NCBI GenBank assembly: GCA_003427395.1
Contig: BFEA01000018.1
Location: 3,996,147 to 4,060,146 of the forward strand
DNA: 64,000 nucleotides
Reading direction: 5' to 3'
Source of the DNA: Chara braunii
Taxonomy: Eukaryota; Plantae; Charophyceae
Shown: in pieces, positions 41,340 to 54,170 of the stretch
Layout of the letters: each line of letters starts with the position of its first letter
Position numbering within the stretch: the stretch's first letter is position 1
Made by a program: the position numbers and the translations under genes
The notes under the pieces: generated by a model
The model's database searches: none
Seen by the model: only the letters and a program-made list of their open reading frames with translations
Told to the model about the DNA's origin: nothing

Positions 41340-43717
41340 AGAACATCGAGGACATGTTCCTTCCTTTGTGTTTCCGACTGCATTCTGCAACAAAGTCTGT
41401 TGGGAGTCCGTCCTCAAGCGTGATACGTGCCAGGTTTGGGTTGTCTACACTGTCGAACCAACCACTTGGTGCCCAAACCACCCCTTCCATTTCCAAAACT
41501 GGAAGTGCGTCCAGGGGGCAGTCTTAGGTCAACGAATGGGACGTACAGTCTGTAACAGACTCCTGTTGGGTGTTGTCTCACTGATCTTCCCATTGTGACA
41601 TTTGGGACTATCCGGCACGGGAACCGGTTTTTCAACAGAGTGTTGACCTGAGTCAATACTGATTCATTACTCGGAGGAATTTCTGTGGGAAAGGACGCCA
41701 AATTCAGAAAACCCTTCCCTGAGTCAAAACACATTACCAATGCACCCTTTGTGTCTGGGATACAAATTATTGGTACAATGCGCTTTAGTGATTGTGCAGC
41801 ACCCATGGGGACCGAGGCCGTTCCTTGGAGTATTTCCAACCCAGGGTCGATTGTTTTTTGTTGTTCCCACAAATTTTCATTTGTGGGGGCTAACGAAGAA
41901 GCTGATGACTCTGGCTCTGAAAAGCTAAAGGATCGGGATGATTTCTCCCCTGTCAATTCTACCGCGATAGTTTTTCTTTGTTTGGTAGGGTATTTTCCTT
42001 TTCTGATGTCAATCTGTGAGTTACCTTGAGTGGTCCCATCTGCTTCTTCCCTATAATTGTCGTCCCCAGTTAATGACGCTTTCCCTTTTTCTGCCTCTAC
42101 TTCTCTGTTCAATACCTGCTCATGACGAGGCCCACTCCCATTCCCGTTCTGCCCGTCCACAGAGACTCCACGATTCCCTTAGGACTGATCATATGTCCCT
42201 GATACCCCCTGTTTCTAACTGCTGTGGACTGATCCATCTTGCCCAGTTGGTTGTTTTGGGGTGTAAGGCTGAGACGTCGACGTCCCAGGTGGCGGAGGTT
42301 CGTATTCATATGTCGGGTTCCCATATTGGCTATATTTTGCGCTCATCTATTTCCAGAGTAAGTGGTCCGTGCTTGAACACGTCATGTGGGGAGCGCCCAT
42401 GCCAGCTTGATGGGGGGGCCATGGCTCCTTCCCATTCACCTTCCCATTCGCATTCATAAATGGTGGGTATGAAGAGGTCGGTAATGTGTGCGGAAATCGG
42501 GGAGATGGGGGTACAAAGGTAGGATTGTATGGTTTTTGTGTAAAGTTCGGGAGTGGTGGGACAAATGACTGAAATCCCGCCATGTTAACAGGACGGTGAG
42601 GTTGAAATGAATGACTGGACTGTGCGTTGGGATAGGGATGGAGGGAGGGTGTGACTGCTGGAGCATGCTGTTGTGTGGCGGAGAGACCAGGACACGATGG
42701 TATGCGAGTGTGTTGTGATCCACTGTTCGGGCCTGCGCCTGGGCCAGGCTATCTTCTGTGTTGGGTCGGGCTGGGATGACCCAGTGGGACATACGAATGA
42801 GGAAATGCTTTGTTTCCTTCGTCTTGGCTTCTAGCCGGGGGGGGCCTCTGATCTGCTGACGAAGACGCACCTTGTGTTGTGTAATGAAGGGGGTGGTGTG
42901 GGCAAGCAGGCCTATCCTCAGTATGATAGTACCACCTTCACTTTTTGCACCACTCCGTGGCTTGGGAGACAAATTCCAGTTTGAAATGTTCTCCCTCCTT
43001 GTCAAATTCCACCATGTCTTTCCAGGTTTGTCTGGCTTCCGGAACAAGATCAATTTTCACGTGCATTAATCGAGGGAAGTGATTGTCTCGCTGGGCCGGA
43101 TGAACTTTCACGATTTTTGCCATTGCATTTTCAACTGCCCAATGCAAATGAAACATTGCCCTGGGTGAAACCCTGATTGCCATTACCCAGAACTTCCCAG
43201 CTGCTTCTTGGGCTTTTTGGTCCTCCAGTTCTTTTTTTGTTGCCCACTTCCTAAAACGTATAGGATAAAGTACATTGGATTGTGCAAGTAAGATCTTGTC
43301 CGTGACCTTATTTATCATGAAGTCTGCGATTTCCTTGGTGGGGGCCACGTAAGAATAGACACTTGCTCCCTCGTACTTAATCCTGCCGCGTTTGAAACTC
43401 GGATTGGCTGCTGGGTTAGCACACCAACCATCCTCATAGATACGGATTAGCATTTCTTTGATCTTATTTGGAAGTGATTTGGCCTCCTCCTAGAAGGCTA
43501 TGACCACGGTACGTTCTTTCAACCAGTTAATAACTGCGTTATCCAATTTAGGATTCAACGTGATGCGGGCCGTATGACCTTCCACTACGCATATGTCGTG
43601 GTTCAGTCCTTCTGGGAGGATTCCATCTTCAAAGCAACTAGCAATCATCGACCGAATCCGTTCCTCCTCGGCATCTTCCGAGGGCTCCATCTCCCTTGAA
43701 ATACTTAATTTGTTCAA
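41340..43717 (-). pseudogene. LINE ORF1, fragmented
   Basis: Lies upstream of ORF2; globular N-terminal part; degenerate zinc knuckle near 42900-42950 (WCKK*RWYYHTEDRPAC); low-complexity linker; C-terminal globular segment. Confidence 0.75.
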
Positions 43718-45123
43718 GTCGCCTTAATTTAGAACGTGGCCGACTATTAAATACCCTGGAACCCAGTCTGCCTTCTGTGCTAGCCTCTTCTCCTCCCCAC
43801 ACGAAGCCCCCTCCAGCCAAGGGGGTTGCTGATGTCCCAAACCCTACTTGAAGCCACTTAATCAAACGACGAATGAGTGGTCAAAGCGGACAGGGGGGAG
43901 TGCTGCGCCCAGCTAATGGCTTATGCCGTTCTCGAGTATAGGTCCAATCTTGGCGTATAGCAAACAGCTACAAGATATTGAGTCAGGAAACTCCTCCGTT
44001 TTATGGGCACAAGGCCTTCGTTATCTATCTATATCCGAAGGCTGCTCAGACTGATAGTTTCAACAGACTAGTGGAAAATCAAAATACCGGACTGAATGAA
44101 AAGCAAATCTACATATAGTCTACTTAACTTAATTACTTAATGTGTGTGAGGCTCACGCTAATTCTGATCAGAGTGAATCGGGGAGGGAATGAGAAGTTTA
44201 TACCATGCGGGCTTCTGCCGTCTTCCATGTCAGTTCTTGAGCTTGCCTCCAACGAAACTTTTAGGCGCTCGCTTGCTCTGTGACTCGACACCTGATCCCT
44301 GTACTCTGGCTAATTCGCTATTGTAGGTAAGTCCATACTCTTCGGTTTGATACACCCATCCTGACTTCGAATGGGGGCTCAGCTCCGACAGAATCTCGGT
44401 ATTAACGAAAGGCCACCTCGGACGGGCGCCTTACAGTGCTCATCTTTTCTCATACTTCACATAAGAGCTCCTTCCTCCCTCTATGGGGTTCCTCACCGTC
44501 CCCTATACTCCCCAAACTCCATTGAGATGGTTGACGACACAAACGTGGCGTGAGAGTGGTGGACGCCTCACTGCTCCACTGCGGGCGCGGAGTAGTAACC
44601 GAAGAACGCTGGCGGACTACTGCCGACAGCGATAGCGCGGAGCGCTAACCGGGCGCCCGTCGCTACGCTCCCCGGACCCAGGTTCTCACAGTACTTCTGA
44701 GTTCTTCACTTTCTCGATATCTTTTGGTTCGTTCATGTGACCAGACCCAAATTGCCGTAAGTCGTTCAGGGTGCACGGACAGGCCTTGACGGTTTCTAAC
44801 CGTTCAAGCGGCTTGTTCTTCGGCCCCAGGTCCAAGTTTGGTTTGATAGATATCAGAGGCCTTTTACTTCAAGTTCAATATAGGCGGGAGAGATAACCTA
44901 CCCTTTCCAAAATGTTTGAAAATAGGGACGTCCCTCCAAAATAGTATGGCGGGGAAAAGAACGGAGGCCAAATAATTTGACAAGTAGCGTTTCTTTCTGC
45001 ACAGGAACTGTTATCCATGGACCCTTAACGAGCGACGGAAATTCCTGAAATAGGACGGAAAATTGAGGTATAGAGGAAAAATTAAACTTTCAGGCATATT
45101 TTCCGTTTATAAATTTTCTGTTG

Positions 45124-48100
45124 CATGCAAAATCACAGCACTGGGTCTCCCCAAACTTATGGGGACTTCCCAGCCTCCAGAGCAATCAGACCCCCAAAAC
45201 TTATAGAAGGGTCTGATGCTCCATGCAACCCAAAATAAACAAAGCACTGGGCTTCCCCAAACTTATGGGGACCTCCCAGCCCTTACGACCCAATCAATCT
45301 GCACACAAATACTGCCTTCCTCCCATCCTTCCCCCAGATGCAACCCTCTTTCGTTCACAATCTGCTTCCAGGCAACCAACAATTATGAAATTGACGTTGC
45401 ACACACATTCCTTTACTTAGTCTGAATTCAAGTCCTGAAAGTCAAACCAAAATCAAAGTACGGGATTCACGCAATACATTCAATCAAACCATAGAAAGAT
45501 ATACAGCTAGGGGTTATAGTTGGGTTTATAGAGGGAGTCAGAGAATTACCACTCAGTTTCCTGCCTCCAGGACTCCGCCTGAGTCCCGTCAGAGCTCCCG
45601 GAATCGGTGGGGCGAACCTCCCACAAAGGCCTTGGCGCGGATCACGGGTCACACGCCCGCCTGCCGCCTTCCTCTCAGAATCAACAGACCAGACTTGGAG
45701 TAAGAAGGGCAGGTAGAGGCAATTTTGAGACTCTCAGATCCAAGAGGGGTGCACTCAGACTCACAGGACAGGGCCTTGTTACCTTGAACCGCCTGAGGGC
45801 CCCGCAATGGTGGCCAAAACGCCCAACAACTTGATCCAATCGACGTCAGGCTGTCAAGATTATCCCCTGTCGTTTTCCCCAATTCGCAGCAATCCTTCCT
45901 TCTCAATAATCGCAGTCACTCCGTAGCCAAGTGTAAAGGCCACTGGTATGCCTACAAGCCTGCGGCACTCCCTTAGTTGCCTCGTACCACATATCCGTCG
46001 ACGACCTTATCTGCCTACGTAGCCACCCCGCCGCCGCTTCACTACGCAGCGCATGGCGCCGCTGAGAGATGGGTCTGTAGTTTGCACAGCTTGCCTATAG
46101 CCCCTTCGTATGGCATGAAAGACTGCACCTCTTCAAATGTGCGGCCACACAGGCTAGTGGCTCACCTGCCTACCACTCCTAACTACCGGGAAGGGCAGCA
46201 CCTTAGTCACACGGGTAAGTGTTCAAACACAATACCCGCGCAATCCCTGTCCCACAACCCGGCGGTCTTCCATCCTATAGGTAGGTCCTTCAGCCCTCGT
46301 GACCTGCTCCTCGCTATCCCCAACTTCGAAACGACCAGTACCTCGACTAACCAGCAGGTTCCTTGGTTTAGCGGCTCGTCCCCCGATCACACCAATATTG
46401 TATCCAACACCTCTCGTACTCTGGCGCCTGGCGCCCAGCCTGTACTGCTCACCTAGCTAGCCTGTCTACGTTCCCATGGCTTTGAGGACCAACGCACGTG
46501 GCGTATTCACCAAGGTTGACCGCCCACATACATCAGGTACGTTCCCTCCTTCCTAATCATTCTCCTCTGTTTCCTCTCTTGATGTACTTGGCCCGCAATA
46601 GTGGCCAGACTCATTCTCTTTCACAGCCTGAGAACCTGGCCCGAATCAGTCGGGGGTGGTTAATATACGACGAATGGACGCCTCGCAACCAAAAAATGGA
46701 AAGGACAGTTATAGATGGGAGGAGCAGCTTTGACCCCTCTCCTCTCATCACGCTCCCTGTATGCATGGCGAGCAGTGCAGTCGGGTCCGCGGATCTTCGT
46801 CGGCAGGGTGGGCTGAGCCGAGGGGGACTGCAGTCTGAACATAGGAGTATACGTCGCCATCCGCTGTACGCAGGTAGGTACTCCAACGCACAGCTACCCT
46901 CTCGCTACCTCCAACGATGACGAAAATCGAATGAATGTTCCGCAATAACACAGGCGGATACATTCCATTTTTCGAGTTTACTTCCCCCAGGCACAGTCTA
47001 CAACTCGTACTCTATCAAATCCTCACCTTCGCTGTCGAGTCCCTCTGCACCATCGAACTCGTCTAGCTTAAGACCCCCGATCCGCACCTTACCTTGTCCG
47101 AGCTCGCCCGACAATCGAATGGGATCCACAACCTTTATTCCCGCACCCCCTTTTCCGCCATCACGCCATCGCCCACGCACAAGTTCTGTTTACTAACTCA
47201 GAATCTACCAACCCTCTACTAAAACTGACTACAGATTCGTGTTCGCCCGGGGTAGAAACCCCTACCTTAGTTCTTCTCCTAGCTGATTCCGCTCACAATC
47301 GTGCGAGATTTGCTCCCTCCATAGCTTCCTCCCCCATCCCCCCCGGCGCACTAACTTCCTCTAACAGCCTTTCCTACTAACTTCTCTATTGCTCCCTTAT
47401 CATCGGTTTTGTCTTCTGAATCGGGGTCACCCATCCCGAAAACCCTCGATTCGGATCTTTCCCCGCCCGAGTCCATTCAGAAACGAGCGAGTTACACCAT
47501 TTTCTACTTTTTGTTCTTCTCGTTCCGCCATAGCTTCGTGCAGTCCTTTTTCTCCCCTTCTCCTCCCACACTAAACCTCTTCCAGAACTAACCTCATTTT
47601 CGTATTCGCCCTATCCAAGAAGTATGGAAACGACTCTCGGTCTACCCGATTCCGTTGAGGATCAGGCGGTCTACTCGCTTTTCCTTCTCACCTCTGTCCT
47701 CCACCGTTCGGCCGTGGCCAACTTGGCGCACTAAGTTTTCTCCCTAGCCTCTTTTCTACTAACTTTTTACTAAATCTAACTATAGATTCGGGATCGCCTA
47801 TCCCGAAAACCCACGTTTTAAGTCTCCACTCGAGCGATTCTGCCCAGGATCGCACGCACTACTCTCTTTCTGTCGCGCCATGCTCGCTGCCCTGCCATCT
47901 CTTCGTCGAATGCACCTACTACCGAGAAACGCGTCCAGGTTCTTTTCACTACTCTCCTCCACTTTTCCTGTCGACCTTGCCGACCCGTGCCTGGGCGCTT
48001 GTCACCCGCCACCTCTGGTTCCACAACACCCGTCGCAGCTGCCTCCCCGACATTCTCACCGCCCCCGCCAGTCTCCTTCTTCCTCCGCATGCACCCAACA

Positions 48101-50680
48101 CGTCTTCTCGTCCCGGTTCATCCGCCCTATCTCACTGCTTTTCACCCGCCATTCTGCTACTGGCTCAGAGCTATGCTGCCCGGCCAGCCCCTCCGCCCGT
48201 TCGCTAATGACTAAGGCAGCGCACGTCCTCCTTGCCCGCTTCGGCCTTCGGGCATACAGCAGACCTCCTTACACAGGGCGCTGAGACAACGCTTTCGCAG
48301 GGCTTCCGCAGGAATCAATGAAATGGCTGGGCGCCGCTCCTTGATTTATACTTTGGAACCGTCGGCCTGCCCCTTTTCCGTTCGGATCCGTCCCTCTTCT
48401 TCCCAACTTTCCGATTCCTCTTGTCTCAATCACCTGCTTTCCCTGTTACCCGACACTCCTTCCCTGCTTGCTGTCGCTCCGCCTTGCCCGTTCGCTGCCC
48501 AGTACTGCCCCGACCGCTGCCTCTCTCGTCCGCTGCTGCCGATAGTCACTGTGACCCGGCCCCGTTTTACCTGACGGCCCCGACCGCTCCCTTCCTACGC
48601 CTGTTCCGTCGATGTCCACTAGTCGGCAACGCCCCGACATCGCGGCCCGTCCGCTGCTACTCAGAGCTGCCCCTCAAAGGAGCTCGGTCCTAGTGCTACC
48701 GGCTGACCCCTAGCCGGTACCGCCTCTTTGCTGCCGCAGGTATCGCCCCCACTGGTGGGCACGGCTCCCTTGTTCAAAGACTCGAGCAAGAACGTGGCTG
48801 CTTCGGGGTTCCCGATGAATACAACACGCCCCCACGAGGCCGCATTCCCAGAGAAGTGTACCCACTGCAGCAGGCCAGTGGTTCAACCGATTAGCCTAAA
48901 ATAAGACAACCCCGGCCCCCAATAACTTTAGAATCCAAGGCAACAAAATAACAATAAATTAAAACAAACCCCAACATTTTTAAAAGGCACCGCCGAAAAT
49001 TGGCCCGCGAGACCCCCCAATGCTCCCTTAGTCCCACGGAGCGGCCCGTCACGGTCGCCTCACCCGTCAACAAAACGGAGGGGGATAGCCCCGTCAGGCC
49101 CTCAACCCCTTGGTCTTCCCCATGCTGATCCCCGGCTACCGTGCCACCGTCCACCAGCCTCGATCCCTGAACCTCCCTGATGAAAGTCCGACGCCGCAAC
49201 TAAATAATACTAGGCCCAACTCTGGGTCTGGCTCTGGCGGACGCCTAAATAAACGGACACTGCGCGACGCGCCAAACTACCAAAACGCCTCCAAAAGTCA
49301 CGTTGTTGTCGATGCCGTCCTCCACACGTACGCACAGGTCACAGATAGGCACATCTGTCGACGAGACATAATCTCTTTAATCCCTGTTTAATCAGACGAA
49401 AACAAAATCTGGTCGGCGATCACGCCGACTCTTCAATCATCAACAATTAAGAAAATCACGCGCGCCTCAAAAATCCGCGCGCCCACACACGCTCTATTCC
49501 AGTCGACCATTCAGCCAACGTCAATCACAGACGCAGCCGCGCCTAGCGCGGTATGCTTAAACTCTAAATCAAGACTATTTTCTGTTGCTTGCAAAAACCA
49601 GGGCGGATACCCTTGTAAGGATATTCGCACCGACACCGTTGGTGCTTGGTCCTCGGCCCCGCCTATCGGGCCCGCTGTCGGACTCCCCAACAAAACTAAA
49701 GGGGATATTCCAGCGGGACCCTCGACCCCTCAGTTCGCTCCGTAGCGCTCCTCCGCTCCTCCAATGCTGGCTGCCGGCCTCGATCCCGGGATCCGTATGT
49801 TGAAAGTGTAGTGCAGTAACCAATAGGGATCAGCCCAAGCCTGGACTGGCTGTGCGCTGCCCTGTATATGAATGGTACGGTCGGCCAACCTGGGCCTGCA
49901 GACGGTGTACCGGACCGTTTTTTTTTTGACTTGCAGTCCGCGTCCATGGGCCCGCACGCGCACATTTGCCACTTTAGAGGGCACGACCTTGCTTGGCTTG
50001 TCGCTCGTGATGCCTTACCATGCTATGGTAACGGCTGGGGCTCTCCTATCCGGCCGTACCCATCGAGGGGTTGCCCGTTTTATCGCCTTTGGGTCAAAAA
50101 GACCCCGACTTTTACTCACCTCGCACCCGGTCCACGCCATCCTAGCTAAAGTTTGTCACGGCTTCTACTGCCGACAACACACAGCCAAACCTAGTACTCG
50201 CGCTGTTTCGCGCACTCATTACGTGACCCCAAAAATGCCGCCCTCCAGTAAGTCAGGCAAAAACCCTCCTCTAATCGCAGCCTTACCTGGTCACCTCTGC
50301 GCTGCCTGTAACTTTGACCGTGCGTGCGAGGTTGCGACTTTATCCAAGATTTTAACCTAGTACCAAGTTGAACCTGCCCTACCGGTGTTTCATAGTTTAC
50401 ATTGATCAATTGCTCGGTCAAGCTAACGCGTGCCCACAAAGTGCACGCTCACATACTCTCTAATCAATTCAAAGCGCGTGTCACTCCCAATCCCTGAGAA
50501 TCGGTTGTGGTCGCACAAAAATGAGGTACGCTCCTAGATATTGTCAAGAAACGTACTTCCTGCAAGCTGCAAAAACGCGCCCAAATACCCTTGTAAGGGT
50601 ATTCAGGCCGACAGCGGGCCCCCTGAACCTTAATGTGCCCTAAACAAGTCATTTTTTGCAAATCTTGGTGGGTATCAGAC
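45124..50680 (-). mobile_element. Large non-coding repeat, copy C
   Basis: Colinear with copy A from ~2310 (e.g. CTGCCGCCTTCCTCTC and GCCTGAGGG.CCCGCAATG). Three AACTTA-loop hairpins at 45141-45279. Right boundary uncertain. Confidence 0.55.
48669..48822 (+). mobile_element. SINE 3' domain (5'-truncated copy)
   Basis: AGCTCGGTCCT..TGCTACCGGCTGACCCCT.GCCGGTAC...GTGGCTGCT.CGGGGTT matches the reverse complement of 61022-61225. Confidence 0.75.
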
Positions 50681-50749
50681 AGTTGTCACGTGCTAGTTGG
50701 TTACATCCACTTTGCTTGTGCGAATCGAAAATATGTGAGAGCCTTTCAG

Positions 50750-51573
50750 GCTCTTCCATCAATGTGGTCGAAACAGGGAGCACGTCACGTTTGAGCCGGG
50801 GTGGTTGGGCATGCCTAACCAATTCAGTCCCAAGACACTGTCTGAATGGACCTGGGCGTAGATACTTCGACCGAGACTGAAGCTACTGCAAACTCGGTCT
50901 CATGGGGCAAGCAAGGGGAATGCGCCCACCACTTTCCATATAGGAAAGGGTAGGGATCCCGCATGGACATTCGGGCACTTGGTAGAGCGGAAGGGAGCGC
51001 TGTTGGAGCGAACGTCGCTTGTTGCTGCTAGCGCCAATGCAAAAGAGTGCGTGTGTGCGGTAACGCATGAGAAAGGGCGCTGCTGTGGGCAGCGCCATAG
51101 CCCAACCCACGTCCAGGCTTGAGTTTGAACAACCAATGAGAGGTGGTGCTGGTCTTCGTGTAAGAGGGAAAAGACGTGGGTGATGAAGTCAAGGGTGAGA
51201 AAGAGAGCGAGAGATGAGGTTGATGATGTGAAGGCATGTACCTGGTATTGGAGATGGTCTACAGTGTCGACATCTTCATGTACTTCGCTTGTTGTTGTTG
51301 ATGTCAACAGGATGCATTGTCAATTCGTAGGCTGCTAGTAGTTGTGTGATCGTCGTTTAGGCGCTGAGCGCTCAGTAGGAGGAAGGACTTTGGATACATA
51401 TTTTGCTGGTGGTGAGAGTATGCTCTCATTGACATTCAAATTCAGTGATTTGGTTTTCCATTGGTGGAATATCAGTGCATTTCTGCTTTATGGACAATGT
51501 TGGACTTGATGGCTTTCAATGTGATTTTGCATTCTGGATTTCTGTTATTTCACCGTTGCCCGTTTTCCTTGCA
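50750..51573 (+). repeat. Solo or partial LTR of the gypsy family
   Basis: Inverted match to 58217-59030; 3' end GATTTTGCATTCTGGATTTCTG...CCTTGCA resembles 24340-24390. Confidence 0.8.
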
Positions 51574-51830
51574 CCCCGGTCTATTCCTGGGGAGCAACAT
51601 GTGTTGGGAATCAGGCCGAGTGTCTTGTAAATAAGTTTACAATAATGAACATTTGATGATAATCTGATGATGATTTGATCATGATGTTGAGTATACAGAA
51701 GCCACTACCTATCTTCAGTTAAACCACCAATACTTGGTCCAACTATGAAGTATGAGTCTCGACCGACCGGTATGTCGAGCCGTGCCGAGGCTGGAACTAC
51801 CGGCCGCTCACTTCCCATGCCTGTTCATAG

Positions 51831-51866
<36 letters not shown>

Positions 51867-51945
51867 GGCCTTGCCCGTTTATAAAAGAAAAGAAAAACAA
51901 AGAAGTACATAATTGTCATCTTACTGTTGGCACACGGAGAGAGAG

Positions 51946-52006
<61 letters not shown>

Positions 52007-52084
52007 CTGAGGGAGAGAGGGCGACGCGGCATTTTTGTTGCGGTCGTCCGTGCACCACGCCGGCTAACTTTTTTTTCTTCCCCC

Positions 52085-52140
52085 GACCATTTCTCGATTT
52101 ATGTGTGCCATCCTTGCGCAGGGGCCATGCTAATCTTCTC
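52085..52140 (-). pseudogene. U6: U6 3'-half fragment
   Basis: GAGAAGATTAGCATGGCCCCTGCGCAAGGATGGCACACATAAATCGAGAAATGGTC. Confidence 0.93.
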
Positions 52141-53648
52141 ACGACGATAAACTTGTCTAAGTAGTCATGAAAAATCTGGTTCATTGCGTGCTGTAACATC
52201 CTAGGAACTTCACATGAGGCAAAGGGCATCACCACAAACAGTTACTCGTACAGACCGTACCTTATCTGAAAGACAGTTTTATGTTGATCCTCAAGTCTAA
52301 TAACAATCTGATAGTATTCGGACTTCAGATATATCTTTGTGAACCGTCATCCCTGCACTTTATCCAAGAGGTTATCGATGCGGGGTATGGGCTCAACGTT
52401 CTTAACAATTATGACATTGAGGCCCCTATAGTCAATGCACATCCTTAGTATCTCCCCTTTCTTTGGGATAAATAGAACTCGCGCTCCGTAAGGGGGCGTA
52501 CTTGGTCGTATTCAGCCCTTCTCTGTCAGCTCCTTGAGCTCGCGGCAGAGCTCATCTAAGTCCACAAGAGACATCCTATAGATCTGCCCTCTTCTACCAG
52601 GGATGACTTCAAAAATGTGGACAATCTCTCTTTCTACCACATCGTGACCCCTAGGCTCCTCAAAGAGGTCTGAATATTGCGCAGCGACTGCTTCTATCTT
52701 TGGGGTGATTTTACGGCCTCCCCTTTGTCAGAGACAAAAACTAGGTAAATACCTTCCTTGTAATTATGTTTATAATAGTTATAGAAAGACGACACTCATA
52801 TGCAACCATAGTTCTCCACTAGTCTGCTAGCCTTGAACTTTTGCAGCCTAACGATCCTTCCATCTGACAACTTGTGGATCATCACCTTCCTATCGCAATT
52901 GAACTGAGGCTCAACAACCTCAAGGTAGTACATGCCTCACAACATATCAAATTGCAGCTCGTTTCTCATACGGAACAAAATCTTGTGTCTCAGTTCCCCT
53001 CCTCCATAGGAGAAGGTAGTCCTTGACATAGTCTCTGACTTTCCTTAAGTGTTTGTTGGGTAAGGTAGATGCTAAAGATTTGATAAGCCGCTGCACTTGG
53101 TCCCTTAATCGCAGCCTATCCAGACAAGCACAGTTAATGAAGTTACGCGTATAACCTATGTCTGCGAAGGCGTCAAGCTTTCGACCACCTACATTGACGT
53201 CTACCACGAAATGTGCATCCCTTGGACCTTTGTTCAACAACTCCCATGAGTCTTTAGGGTCTTTCTATAACCAATCTGTCTTTAACCCTCTAAGGACTCA
53301 GACACATACATCCAAGAGAGCATCGATTGGTTCGGATCGGTCTACAGGGTGATTAAGGGGTCGGCCATCGTCTGAAATGGAGAAGGCAAAGTAACCACTT
53401 CAGCACTAGTAAGAGCGACAACACTCTTACTGACCTGAGGTGTTTCCCTGGGAAGTGCTTACAGAAACCCCAGAGTTGGAAGATCCAATTGTCACTATAG
53501 AGGGTATGAGCTTCCCAGTGATCCGTTTACTCTTGCACTTGGCTATTGTGTGCCCATACTGACCACAATTTAGGCAAGCGCCTCGCGCAACACAGTTTCG
53601 CCACACCTCGTACTCCAGATCAAGCTTCACCCATATGAGTGTTCCTTG

Positions 53649-54170
53649 CAACAGAAAAATTTCCCAGAATTAAATAATCATTCTATTGTAAAATTACATT
53701 CTAAATTTTAAATTTTCATTCCATCTTAAAAAATGTCATTCCAATTTTAAAATTTTATGTCTTACTTGAAAACTTTCCTTCCAATAATGGGGTATCACTT
53801 CTTATTTGAACTGGATGCTAGAGATGGAATGAAAGTCTGGATGAGTTCATGAAATATTTTAATTGGACTGATATTCAAAGTAAGGATTTCCAGTCATAAA
53901 TATGTTTATCCAATCTAAATTAGAAGATATTTGTTGTAGTAAAATGAAAGTTTAATTAAAACATTTCATAAACTCGTCCAGATTTTCATTCCATCTTGAA
54001 CAAATAGATGTAGTTGGAAAAGAAAACTCATATTTAAATGGGAACTTATCAAATAAAACCGAAAATTTTAGAATTGGACAAACATTGGAATGATAATTCA
54101 TAAATATGAAGGATTTTTTTTTTATGGAATGTTTTTTCAACTTTCATTTCTCGTGGGAATTTTTGTGTTG
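53649..54170. mobile_element. AT-rich MITE inserted in gag
   Basis: CAACAGAAAAATTTCCCA / TGGGAATTTTTGTGTTG inverted termini; gag-like sequence on both sides. Confidence 0.75.

Larger units (their letters stand above)
36593..44713 (-). mobile_element. L1/Tx1-clade LINE, near full-length, inactivated
   Basis: Poly(A) at 36593-36622; 3' UTR; ORF2; ORF1; candidate TSD TCGATATC(TTTT) at 36585 and 44714. The 5' boundary rests on this TSD only. Confidence 0.9.
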
